In this document: in pieces, positions 12,868 to 26,300 of the stretch
Layout: each line of letters opens with the position of its first letter
How positions within the stretch are numbered: position 1 is the first letter of the stretch
Position numbers and translations under genes: made by a program
Source: Azolla caroliniana
Lineage: Eukaryota > Plantae > Polypodiophyta
Reading direction: 5' to 3'
Length of the DNA: 64,000 bases
Assembly (NCBI GenBank): GCA_043228905.1
Contig: JBHGNT010000018.1
Coordinates: forward strand, 1,922,001 to 1,986,000
Notes under the pieces: generated by a model
What the model was told of the DNA's origin: nothing
The model's database searches: none
What the model saw: only the letters and a program-made list of their open reading frames with translations

Positions 12868-15800
12868 ATGGAGAATTCTCATGATCTGGTCATTCCGGCT
12901 ATGGTTAACCCTGCTAATAATAATAATAATGCTCAGGATCAAGATGATGATGCCAGTAATAATATCACTAATAATGTTAGGCATAGCATGAGAAATATCT
13001 CTGATGATCATACGGCTCTGATAATACCACATCGATCAGGCCATGGCAACCATGGAGCTTTAAATGTTAATTCCTCGGAAAATATGATGAATCATACCCT
13101 GAATCACCACCACAGTGGTGGTACTGACAATTCTTCCTGGTATTGGCAATCAATGCTGAACATGATGCAGCAGCAGAGCCATATGAGTAACAACCTCAAA
13201 ATCGATCATGGCCTCACCATAGATCATCATATCAGTAACAATGATATGCTGGTGCAGGGATCTGTCGCAGACATCAATGGCGCCTGCATTCATCCGTTAG
13301 GAGAGCCTACAGCCTCCCCTGACACAGGCGCCATGTGGAGCCAGGAATTCCTGTAAGATTTCTTTTTGTTAAATTCCTGCAAGGGATGATACGATCGATC
13401 GACACAGATATGTGGTCATCATGATCGTAGGGGGGGGGTGTATTTTATGGAAAAAAAAATTTGAGGGTTTTATGTTGCTAAATCTGCCTGTGTGAATGAA
13501 TGGATCCATGCATACCACATATATGTGATGATCTTGCCATGGATTAGGTCAAACAAGTATTAGGGTAGAAAATCAGTAGGGTTTTAGGTTTCTGAGACAT
13601 GAAAATACAGAATTCCTCCTTCCTCTCCCCCCCCCCTACTTTCATTCTCTGAGGTATTTATTTATTAGGGTTTCGAGCTACTGACAGGTTCTGGAGCTTC
13701 TGATGTCGTTATGAAATTTATTTATTTTAGGGTTACAACGGGGCCATTGATGGCGGATGTGAAGCCCAGCATTCATGCAGCGACGTGTTCTGACCACCAC
13801 CTTGACCAGCAGACCCGGATGGGCCATCTTGACCAAAACCTTGACCATCAGGACGGGTCCGGATACCTTGACCAACAGAACCGGCAGGGCCGACTTGACC
13901 AACAGAACCGGCGCGGCTATCTTGACCAACGTCTTGACCAGCAGAACCGGGAGGGCCATCTTGACCAACGCCTTGACCAGCAGAACCGTCAGGGCGACCT
14001 TAACCAACGCCTTGACCAGCAGAGGCCGCAGGGCCGCCTTGACCAAGGCCTTGACCGGCACGGCCATCTTGACCAGGACCTTGACCGCTCGCACCAAGAC
14101 CTCCAAGACCTGCTCATGTACCCCAAGCTCACCGTCCGGGAGCTCCTCTTCTCCGACCCCCACGTGTCGCCCCCTGATTGGCCCTTCCTGGACGAGCTCC
14201 CCCTCGGGATGGCCACCGGCGCCGCCGGTAACAACGCCTACGACCACGACCGCTTCAGCAGCGGCAGTAGCACGCTCACCGACGCCAGCCAATGGGGCGG
14301 CGCCACGTCCGCGCCCACGTGTCCTCCGCCGCCGCCGCCGCCGCATCTCGGCCGTACACGTGTCATCAAGCAGGAGTACAATCCGATGGAGCCCCTCCAG
14401 TTCGCTCGCGACAGCAGCAGTAATGCTGCTAATTACCCTAAATTATCCGCCGCCGCCTCCACCTCCAGCGCCATGATCAGTACTAACCCTAATAGCACTA
14501 ATCATCTGTACTTGCTCAATAATCACAGCAATCCTCCTCTGCAATTAGTGAACCCTAATCCACATTTACCCGTTCCTGCTATCCCTAACCCTAACCCTAA
14601 CCCTAACACGCAACTAGCTGATCAGCTGCTGTGGAGCATTTCTAACCCTAATCTGAACTCCTTGGATCATATCAGCCCTACACTAATCCATCCCACCATA
14701 TCATCATCGGCCCATCACGATCTCCATTCCGACCATCAGCTCAACAAGATCGGCAGTTATGTGTTCAATCCTGCAACTGCCGCCAACTGCGCCGACAACC
14801 AGAATCTTAATTCGCTGCAGTTTGGCGGCGGGATAGCGCCGCCACCCAACGGTTATGGCGCGCAGTACAGAGGACCGACCAATCAGAGGCCGACACCTGG
14901 CAGCAGCATGCCGCAGCCAATGGCGAAGCCCAAAACAGTGCGAAATACGGAGGTGGGTCCGAATTTATTTATTATTTCATAAATCTATTATGTAAATATT
15001 ATATATAATTCTATAATTATACATAGAACCACATTAATTAGGGTTTAGGGATAGAGGTATCAGGTCATGCGGATTATTAATTTACATAAAATGACGTTAA
15101 TTTTTTGTATATATATATAGCATTGCCATGAGATTCCCCAACCGATATAATCGCTAAAATACATTTATGTTGTTTTATATATAATTAATGTAACTATATA
15201 TCATTAATGTAAAGACATGGATAATTAATGTAAATATATGTATAAGTAATGTGATTATATATATATATATAATTAATGTAATCATATATATATAATATGT
15301 AATCATATGTATAATTAATGTAATCATATGTATAATTAATGTAATCATATGTATATATATAGTTAATGTAGTTATAGAGATAAAAGATTTGTACTTTAGC
15401 TAAGGTTGGGAAACCTCATGGCATCTCTTCAAAACCCACCAAAAAAAAAAACTCAAAATCCACGACATTGTCATAGAGATCACCAAGATGTTCCTCATCT
15501 CTATAATTAGCTACAAATCTAGCGGAAGCATTACAGCATTAGCCTATGTACTACATTTCCGAGGGCCGCAACCATCCACATTGATCTCGATCCGGGAGTC
15601 ACAACAACATGATCTCTGACCCTGTTGTTGACACATCCCAACTAGTAATTTGCTTGACCACATATCTAGTCGCAATATTCAGACCTTGTCCAAACACACA
15701 ATCATTGTGACCTCGTTTAACTTTTAAATTCAACAACATATAGAAAAAAACATCTTATTATGTGGGCTAACTTCATTGGGAAGACTCCACCCACCAAGTC

Positions 15801-18800
15801 TAGTCTAGTTGGCCCCTTAGCCTAGTTTTCCCAACCGATCAAGTATCTCGAGGGATTTATAATAACCTATGCTTGTTGTTCTTGTATAGATAAAAAATCC
15901 CCTTGACTACTTAATCAACGTATCTACACAAAAACATCCACACCTTATAAGGTTCGCCCAATGTAGTCCTTAAGCCACAACCTTAGGATTATAAAACACA
16001 GGCACATGACTGCTCTATCAAGGAAATTCCCGCCATTGGCCACTTGAATAACCTATGTCATAGTGAATATAAATTGCCAAATCCCCTAGAGGACTTTGCA
16101 CTTAATGGGACATTGCCTAAAGGTTATAGTCCATTAAGTTGTATGACAAGAAACACATTTTAGGTTTACGACAAGAGACATCATGTGAATGGCAACATTT
16201 ATTCTTTAATAGAACGTTTGTTGTCCAACAAGGATATTCTCTATTTTGAAGTAGGTAAAGATTAGACGGGATTTTTACAACACACAACCACTCCTATATT
16301 AAGCTTAAATATAGCCTATTCTCAAAGTTGGCTTTAGTTTCCTGATGATCTTTATAAATTTGATAGACAAGGCTCAACAATTAATAAACCATTATTTGAA
16401 TCCAAAAAATGATGAGTATTCATAGAGTTTCTTTCATTGGGAGATTCAATACTCCATTCAACTTTGTCGTGTCTAATTATGATGTTCAAATATATCTAGA
16501 TGAAACATTGAGCCGTATAGAAAAGAGTATGATTTGCATACAAGTAACTCCTGAAGGTTGCGTGCATTTAAACTATTGGGATGTTTCAAAGCCCTTTTGG
16601 GATGGTTATGCCTAGAATTTGGAAACCTATGCTATATTGTAGTATGCAATACATTTTTCTAAGCAATTGAATAATTCATTTAATGCAGTAGCAAATATTG
16701 TTTTGTTTGTATTGTATGGGATATGTAACAGACCTATGCATGTGAGAATGTATACATACCTACATTCTTTTGTTGGTAGTGTTGCCGATATGGTGTCCAT
16801 CGATGGAAACTTTCGGGATTATTATCATTAAAATCTCACATTTTGATTTATCTAGTAAAATGCATTTTTTCTAAACAACCTCGAAACTCTCATTAAATTT
16901 AAGATAGTTGTACTAGTTTCTTGTAGTCCATGTGGATACATATGTATAACCTCCATATGTTCAAATGTAACTTAAGATACATATACCATCTTTTTCTATA
17001 TCATGTGTATATGTAGCCTTGCATATGCTCTCATATGTAAACTTGGTAGTAGTAATATTGGCGATGGTAAATTGTAACAGTAGATGTTGACAAAAGATAT
17101 TTAAATATTCCAGTCTAATATCGCATGCATTATTCTTGGTAGTTTCATTCACCATATGAATCATAACATATCCATTTCATAGATTTGCTAGTTTGAAAAG
17201 TGAGCTAAAAATAAGACACAAAGGTGATGAAATATTGTGTTCATTTGATGCCCATGTAAGATTATACGTGATATTCTTATTGTTTTGGCAATCAACATAT
17301 TTTTGAAACTTTCATAAGTATCACTAAACTAACTTTTTTGTAGTTTGAAAGATGGTAGATTCTATGCCTAGATGTAACTTCCTTGGCTATCTCATTTTGA
17401 ATGTTGGATTGTCTCAATAACAAAGTGAACTAAAAGCAATGTAGTTCTAATTCTTAATAACTCCTAGGAAAGGTTTATTATATTTGCCTTTCTTTGATTT
17501 AACATTTGTATACTACATATATAGGTCTGTTGCTTCGTCCCGTGGAAGAATATGAATAAATGTTATGTCTTTGGTCACCATCTCGTTGCAAACAAAGCAT
17601 GATTTTTATATTCCTTAATATTTTTCAATTGTTTTTGGAGGATAAAACAAATTTGGGCAATGTAGCCTTGTTGATTTGATTGATATGGATCATTTGGATT
17701 TTCTCTACTACAAACTTGGAAGGTAGCTCTGAAAAGTTACATAGGCAAAGAAAACTAAATTATACATGTCAGTAGCGTTTTAATGCAACTCCCTTCAAAT
17801 ATGTGTTGTTAAGGGGGGACATTGATATTCAATTGCATATTTTTTTGTTTTATTCCTATTAGAAGGACAATTCATGGTTGTTTGCAAGTGAATATTGTCA
17901 TAAGATGATGGATGTCTATGAATGATTGGGGTTGAATATATGTACATATATTGATTTTACATGTCCATGTCCTTTTGTCCCTAGAATAACGACGATAGTT
18001 TAATTAGCACCTTTTGGGAAGACAATGCATAAAATTGTACATAAGATAAAGCTTATAAACATATGCGAGTAAAAGCTTTGCAATTAGAGAGCAGATTTTA
18101 GGGGCGGTGGGCTAATGGGACTCGTTGACTCGTTAAAGTGGGCGCGTGACTTTGAACGGGAGGAATTAACTTGCAAAGGACAAAACAAAGTTAGAGGGAA
18201 AATAGGGAGGAGTGGTGTGAACAGTGAGAGAGGATGTCACAGACATACTGACAAGTTATCATGTGTGCGCACGCGTGGGTATGTTTCTTTGTGTGTGTTG
18301 TTGGTTGATGCATGTGTATTGGCGAATATAGGGGGGCCAGCTCGAAGAATGTAAAGAAATTGTGGTACCATCGGAGGGGAAAGCGAATAATATTCATGGC
18401 GAGAAGCAGCTTTCTAGGGAACAAAGTTTCAAAAGGCCGAGGCTTCACCACCAACAGTACCACCAACAACCACCGCCTCAGACCTCATCCACAACCTCGT
18501 TCAAGGTACAAAAGAAAAAAGGAAGAAAAATAAAACAAGACAAGAAGGGGAGAGATATGGGGAGGGGGGGTAAAAACAATGTAAAGAATAAAGGTTGGAA
18601 AGTTTTTTTTGTTTTTTGTTTGCTTTTCTACACAAAAGCAAATGGAATATAACGGTCCTTTTTCAAAAAAGGGGGCATGGAAAAAAATAAAGGAAAAAAG
18701 AAAATCTAAAAGCTGCATTTATTCCCTTTTTTCCATTTTAAAAAAAACATATTCTGCTTTTTAATTCATTTTTTTTCACTACATTCTCTTCACTTTTGTA

Positions 18801-20815
18801 CTTATCCTTCTTCTTTTTATTTATTTTTTTGTGTTTTTAAACTTAGAATCTATGTACGTTATATTTTTTAACTTTATTTTATGTCTGTTTGTTTGTTTGT
18901 TTTTAACAAAACAAAAATCAAAATTTCAGGGCCAACCTCTGAGAAAAGAGAAAGTTACCGAAAGAATCACAACACTTCAGCAACTTGTTTCCCCATTTGG
19001 AAAGGTGATTTTGCGCTAATTAGTTGCTAATGATTCACTAGTTCCTAAATAAGCCCCAATGTCCTCTCTCATTTGTTTGTTTAAACATAAAACTTTGTGT
19101 TCAAACCCAGACGGACACTGCATCTGTGCTTCTCGAAACCATCGGATGTATCAAATACCTTCAAGAGAAAGTGGAGGTATAGAAACATAAAAATCAATCA
19201 ATCTCTTATCGTACCCTAGAACTATCAACTAAAAACACTAGTCTCATGAAAGCTTATGTTGACTCATACTTAATTTTCCACTTTAAAAGCAGGCCCTGAG
19301 TTCCCCCTACTTAAAAACCAACACCAATCCTACTGTAAGTTACTTGCTATTACTCTCAATGTTTTTAATCACGCAAACACTTCGTAAATACATGAATCAA
19401 TATATTAAGCTATATCATTCATGTGTGTGTGTGTGTGTGTGAGCGCTCGCTCTAAATCAAGCCTAACTTACTCACAAACGAACAAATATATGCTAGTATG
19501 TTGTTGAATCATCCAATGTTTTTCATTACGGATAATAACAAAAACATAATCAAGTATCAATGCCATGGTATTAACAAGGCTAGTTGCCTCATACACGTCC
19601 GTCTAGATAATCACGATTCACAACATGGATATTCATCTAGTCCTTTGAGTGGGGTAGCCTCTAGCATTGATTTGAATATGTATAGCAAACCAAGGTACGT
19701 CTTATGCCACTATACCTTTTCTGTTTACAATAGTTTTTGTTAATACATTTGTATCTCGCCAGTACTCCTATTACTTTCATATTTGGATGAGTGCCTTTGT
19801 ATTTTTGTAAATGCGGTAAAAACCCATTCTCAACTAAAATTTGCAAAGTTATTAATTCCATAAATAAACATTTTTAGCATATATTATGTTGATGTGATCT
19901 AGGGCCGTGTTGAGATGTCTATACTTTACATATGGTTTCTGTGTAGCAACCTCAATCACACATATGGAAATGATAGAGTTTAAAATTGTTGTGAGCAATT
20001 GGCATACCATTTTGGTATCAAGAATCTAACTAAGTCATAAGTGTCCAAGTACATGCCACACCAAAATGTTAGGTCCTCGACATATTGGTACCAATAGAGT
20101 CTATCCCTTTATTAGTATATCCCAAACATATTGGGAAGTTCCCATTCATACTTACCTAGTATTTAGATCACCATTAAGAATGCACATTTGTGATCCAGGA
20201 AGAAAAATACAAGGTGCTTTGAGAGCCAAAACTTGGTAGCAATATCATATTAAGATTGAATTTTCAAACAAAAGATATTGCTTGAAATTTTTTGTTGCTT
20301 GCTTGATAATATGTAATGAAGAAAATTGTGTGGGATAGTATTTGTTTAGCTACAATAGAGCATTTATTTAGGCCAAAAACCTATACCCAAGCAAAAACTA
20401 ACACTTCTAAATGCAAATGTATTGCATATTTTGTCGGTTTTTTTTATCACCATGTAATATGAAACCTATACTTGGTAAGTCGTATGAAAAAACTGTAATA
20501 AGTCCATATTGTTTGCAATTTTTGTGACCTCTCTTTCTCCATGATATAAAAGTTTTACACATCCACCAAGATCAAGTAAGAATAAATGACATACTTTCAA
20601 CTTTTTCTATAGTTCCCTCATGTTCTGGGTGTTTTTTCACATTGCTAATTCACGGATATCAATGACTTTTCTAGGGCGATCGAACCCAAAATGGTACAGA
20701 GGAACCGAGATTAGATTTGAGGAGTCGAGGGCTATGTTTGGTTCCTTTATCGTGTACCATGCAGGTTGCAAATGATACTGGGGTAGATTGTTGGTATGGG
20801 GGAACCTTTCGATAG
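12868..20815 (+). CDS. bHLH transcription factor, subfamily X type (bHLH112/123/68-like), about 734 aa, 7 exons
   Basis: Exons 12868-13352, 13731-14952, 18332-18505, 18930-19004, 19111-19176, 19293-19334, 20675-20815. All GT-AG, total 2205 nt in frame. Encodes FKRPR...[57 protein letters not shown] and C-terminal [11 protein letters not shown]. The first three exons are less certain than the bHLH exons. Confidence 0.9.
13801..14110 (+). repeat. Coding tandem repeat of mixed 27-bp and 12-bp units (LDQQNRxGx / LDQR) in bHLH exon 2
   Basis: Units start CTTGACC at 13801, 13828, 13840, 13867, 13894, 13921, 13933, 13960, 13972, 14011, 14038, 14050, 14068, 14080, with variant CTTAACC at 13999. Confidence 0.95.
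15124..15423. mobile_element. MITE-like foldback element in bHLH intron 2
   Basis: Left tgccatgagattccccaacc vs reverse complement of right end tgccatgaggtttcccaacc. AT-rich interior with taattaatgtaatcatatgta repeats. No clear TSD. Confidence 0.55.
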
Positions 20816-22588
20816 GTCACATTAAGGTGTCATTATTATACAATCATCCACTACATAATTGACATGGGATAATAATATTGTTACACCAAACATACTACCA
20901 AGGATACCCTATATATAGGAAATAACTACAACTTTTCAAGGTCTACTTAGATTAGGGTTTGGGAAAAGGTTAAGCTTGTCTTCACTTATTATTCTTAATT
21001 AACTTGACTTAAAACCATATTGAAGTGTACAAGAGTTTATAACTACATATTCAATGGTGCTAGGCGGCTCCATGAACCAAAATGAGTTAGAAAAGTGTTG
21101 GTTTTTGGGGGATCAATGTATATATTACTTTTTAAGTTTTTGGGGTTTTCCTAGCCCTAATTCAATCGTCCCTTCAAAATTGTTTGATTTTGTGAAAATA
21201 AACAACATTCTCATGTAACCTAAATGTAATAAATGAAAGTTTAGATTATTAGTATTGTGCACTCCAATTTGTTGATACATGCTCGAGCTCAATTTTCTAC
21301 ATTCCAAACTTTGTCGTTGCCTTTGGTATGGCCACACAATATCGAATATCATGTCAAGTATGTTTGATAAGAATGGATGTTGTGCACATGAATTATCACG
21401 TGAATTTGAAATGTAATTTAAAATAATGGTCATTTTATTCAAGAAAGTCTCTAATGCAACACAAGAATGGTAAAACTAATATTGAACAAGAAAATGAAAT
21501 TCCACTAATTTCTTGAACGAAATTTTGGGAAGTAAGGGAGATTAAGGATATAACATCACCATTTTTCTATAAAACATATTGATTTTTTATTCTTATTTTG
21601 GTTTCAAGTGCCCTTATCAAAGAAACCCCCCTGCACTTGAATGTTTACAACGAGAGAGCACCTAGGCTTTGCGAAACGTAGGCACCAATCTATGGTCAAT
21701 AAGCTATGAATTTGAAAGTTGGTTGGGATCCACCACCTAAATATTCGACTAGGGACTTTCACTTGGTGTTGGACCACTTGAAAAACCCATGTGAGGACGG
21801 AACCATAAATTATGCTACACATATACATCCTGATTCCTCTGACCTCATGTGTCCCTTGAGCATTATTGAACACAAAACTTCGTAGTGTTGAGGTTATGGG
21901 ATCACAGCACTTGGGTAAGCCATAGTGATATATACGTATATATAAATATACATTAATCTATAATACATAGTTACATCTCACGAAATATAATTAAAGTTTG
22001 TTATTATACAAATCTTGTAGATACTTCTTACTATGTAATCATAATTAGGTGGGCGTGAACAATGCCACGCACGCATGGGGCATAAAGCAGATGATGAAAG
22101 TTTTAAGGAGAACTATCTTACCCAAGAGATTATTATCTATTGATATCAATCAACTAAAGTAATTTTCGAATATACTTTTCCCCATATGGATTAATCATTA
22201 AACACAGAATGCCCACACATGTCTTCATTAAAGTAAAAGCTACCAATGCAGAGTAGACTTGTCACTATCATGTGCACACATTAAGGCTATAAACTATAAA
22301 CAAGATCATTCTATAAAAATTTGAAAAGAGTGCACTTTGTAACTTAGAGTCCTTGTTTCTCCACATAACTTATTGTTGATAAGGACTAAGGATTCAAGGG
22401 TCGATTTTATTGCATCTTTTTAAATCTTAGTGCTTGACCATTGTAAACACGACATTGATTATGTCGTGAATTAGTTAGATACTTGTTGGTAAACACATGT
22501 ATAATGCTTTTTGCTGAACTTTCGTGTTTAAACTTATTGTTTCTTCTTACTTACAAAATTATTTAGTCATTAATGGTGATTATAATAA

Positions 22589-22899
22589 GAGAAAAGTACC
22601 AAGATACCCTTGGAAGTTCTTCTATTTACCAAAATGCCCCTGGAAGTTCCAAATTTACCAAACTACCCCTATGTCCAAAAAATTACACTTTATAAAGTAA
22701 TTATACACTCAAATCTACAAGCCCTATTTACAAAGATGGAAGAAATGGACCTGAACTAGCCCTATTTACCAAATATTTGAGTGTATAATTACTTTATAAA
22801 GTGTATTTTTTTGGACATAGGGTAGTTTGGTAAATTTGGAACTTCCAGGGGCATTCTAGTAATTAGACGAACTTCCAGGGGTATCTTGGTACTTTTCCC
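22589..22899. mobile_element. Mutator-like MITE, 311 bp
   Basis: Terminal inverted repeats of about 125 bp (gagaaaagtaccaagataccc... / ...gggtatcttggtacttttccc) and a perfect 9-bp TSD TTATAATAA at 22580-22588 and 22900-22908. Confidence 0.9.
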
Positions 22900-23060
22900 T
22901 TATAATAACTTGTGAATTGCCATTATCTTTTGCAACTATGGGAAAACTTCGAAATACTCCTCTATTTTTTCTTTTTGCTCCATCCCATTGTTTATTCAAT
23001 TATATGCACTATTTGATCAGTTACATGAGCAAGATAACAAGATCTTATAAAAAGATCTTA

Positions 23061-23370
23061 TAAAACACAATATGCATATAAGTTAGACAAAGAAGCATAT
23101 AAGATAGGCCAAATCGACAAATGGAAATTAGTAGATTGAATAACACAAAAAAGTTCCTATTTGCAATAACATACAAGACTTCAAATCTCTAACAAATTTA
23201 ACACAAATAGTGTAAAACACAATATGCATATATAGTTAGACAAAGAAGCATATAAGATAGGCCAAATCGACAAATGAAAATTAGTAGATTGAATAACACA
23301 AAAAAGTTCATATTTGCAATAGCATACAAGACTTCAAATCTCCAACAAATTTAACACAAATAGTGAAAAC
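23061..23370. repeat. Two-copy tandem duplication, 152-bp period
   Basis: taaaacacaatatgcatat...aaatttaacacaaatagtg starts at 23061 and 23213 with few differences. Confidence 0.9.
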
Positions 23371-26300
23371 AAGATATTGTTAGTCATTGCTCGATGATTA
23401 TCAATACTATATTTTATCACCAATAAAATAACATAGAACTAGAATAGTGAATGTAGTCACATCACACTACAAACAATGTGAACTCTCATTTTCATATTCC
23501 CAATACAAAATAAGATCTCCTTACATATTGATGGGCATGCTTAATTATAACATCATGCATGATAAGGCCAATGCCTTCATGTTTACGTCATTGAAGCAAG
23601 AACCAAATGACGAGAAGCCCTCTTTAACACCATTATACGTTTAGACACCCTCCCGAATACACAATTTTTATTCATGTACTATTGATTTCAATACCCACAA
23701 ATACTTTACAAGAGTTTCCTTTTTCTTTGTCTTAAAACATCATTAATATAAAGTTCATCAAGCCATAATTGCGCCACAAGCCAATCCAATGTTGAGAAGA
23801 CTAAACCTAGCACATATAAAAGGTATTACCACGTTTAATACTTAATTAAAATACTTGAAAGATTATATTATACGTATCTACATATTTTCAACCTAAGAGT
23901 TGGTATACAATATGCTTAGATAAAACGATCATAAGAACAAAATATCCTTGACTTTCATGCTTTACATGACACCTAAACATGTGTAACATGTACAAAAGGA
24001 TAAATTTTTAACTCATAGTGAGGTAAACGTATGAAACCATAATATCTTGCTATATAGATTATTTATATGGTTTGCAAAATGTTTAAATGGAAACTACTAA
24101 ATTATCCCAAAATCAAGCTTGTTATCATTTCTATTTTTAGTCATCAAAATCGCCCTATATGCTACTCTGGGAAGTTCGGTTTAGTATTGATATTTTTATC
24201 ACGGCGCTACATTAATATTATACATTGTGCAAATATACATCAAAATTTATAGCATACATATTTTGTTATGCTTAATGTGTGCAACTAAACTTCTAAGATA
24301 ACTTCAAGGGAAACATGGACAACGATATGACACAAACATTGGAAGTATCAATGACAAAACATTTCGATGGAATGTTGTGCAAAGAATCCAGTTTATATTG
24401 CTGATTTCTACTCCTATTTGGTTTATACATTTAAATAACCATATACATACTACTAATGATAGAAACATGCTTTGCCTTGAAACTTGGAATGTTAGGATTT
24501 TATGGAGTGACTCTTTTCTTGACAATATATTCAAAAACTTTGTGATAAGAGTAGCGTGCAAATAGCTATGATGAGACATTGACTCTTCACCGAGGACAAA
24601 GTAATAGAAAATTTCACAGAATGATTCATGTAAACCTCTCCTTTCCTTCTTCCCTTTTGCATTTTAGCAAAGATCGTGAAAGTTGCACATGCAACTTTAG
24701 TGAAAAGAATTTTGGTACACTAATGATGCTAGAATTTTAAAACCTCTTATACAACTCAGCAAGGGATTGATAGCTTCAATCTATTTCTTGATTCAAACTA
24801 GAAAAAATATTGACTACTAAAGGAAAATGTTCTAGTTTACTTTTGTAGGCTTCTTTCTTATGTAATGACGTGTCTTCTCAACAAGGTTTTGTGAACATAT
24901 TTTTTGAGAACCCAACAAACTACCAACAATACTCAAGTATGTCTTCTAAGGGAAAATGTTCTGATTTATGTCTTTAGGCTCCCTTTCTTACATGATGATG
25001 TACCTTCTTAATAGGGTTGGTGACTACATATGTATTTTGAATGTCTGAACATACTACTAGGAGTAGTCGGACAAGCTAATCTCATAAGGATGGTCCAAAC
25101 TAGAATATCAGTTTTTAGATAATTCACATAGAATGAACAAGCATATGGCTAGCATACAAACTTAAAGAGCTTGTGCTCAATTTGTCTATCTTTTTACAAC
25201 ATGTTTGTATCTATGCTAAGATTTTGGCCAACCTTCAAGCCCTTGGGCAAAGCAATGTTGTTTGCTTTTAATATTGCAGTCAATCATCTTTCTCCATATA
25301 CCCTTGTGAAAATGTCTAAGCATCCCATTCTTCTCTTATCTACTACATATTTCCACAAATACCTCTCGTAATATCCACATATCTAGTGTCCACTTGACCA
25401 TGATATGACTTGATGCCTTCGAAAGAAACATTGAAACAAAGCAAATGCCTTGAATTTGCGTCAAATTCTTAGTAGTGATTAGGTCTATCTATTAGAACTT
25501 TGAAGTCATTGTTTGCAAATGGGCAATGGAGAATAATGTTCAAGGTAATAGGTAACATATAACATTTGTAGGCAGAACAAACATACTCATAGTATCTCTT
25601 GTGTGCAAGAGTATAGGGTAGGTTGGGGAATGATACATGAGAAGCATAGATGGGGAATTTGTCAATGTTCGACGAAGAACTGGGTTTATTGTAACTGTCC
25701 CTTGCAATATCAAACATCAACTTTACATTTTTGGAATTGAGGATGCAGATACCTTCATATTTTGGGATGTTTCGAGAATAAACAAAAGCCTTAGATATTC
25801 TTCCCATAAATAGTTTCCACATTTTTCAATACTAAAACGTATGTGGGGACTTTTAAAAAGTTTAAACAAAAGGTAAAGGAAGCATGTGATAACAAAATAA
25901 AGAAAAGTTTGAAAGGGAAGGATTGTTGATGATGACATGATTCGAAGTGTGAAAGCGGACCCCAAACATTCTATATGACCGAATTTTAACAATGACCTAA
26001 AAGAGCATCGATCGTCCAAATATATGGAGATTGCAGAAGCTCATCTTTCAACATGATTAAGTTCTCACCATACTACTTTTCTCATTATGTTTTTGAGGTT
26101 CTATTGTTTTTAAAATTAGGAGAGCCATATTGGAATTATTATAGACCAATGACCATAGACGCCGAATCATGGATTCACACTTGTTTGTGTCGCAAGGTTT
26201 GCATTCTTTACTGATGGGTTAAGTTTCCTTTTCATACCTTGAAAAAGGAATGTTGAGAAAGCATCATAATGTACTGGAATTTAATACAAAACTTATGATT

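Noticed and set aside
15540-16260. Possible gypsy RNase H/integrase relic on the minus strand in bHLH intron 2
   Set aside because: Only weak motif traces are visible by eye; not reported as a feature.
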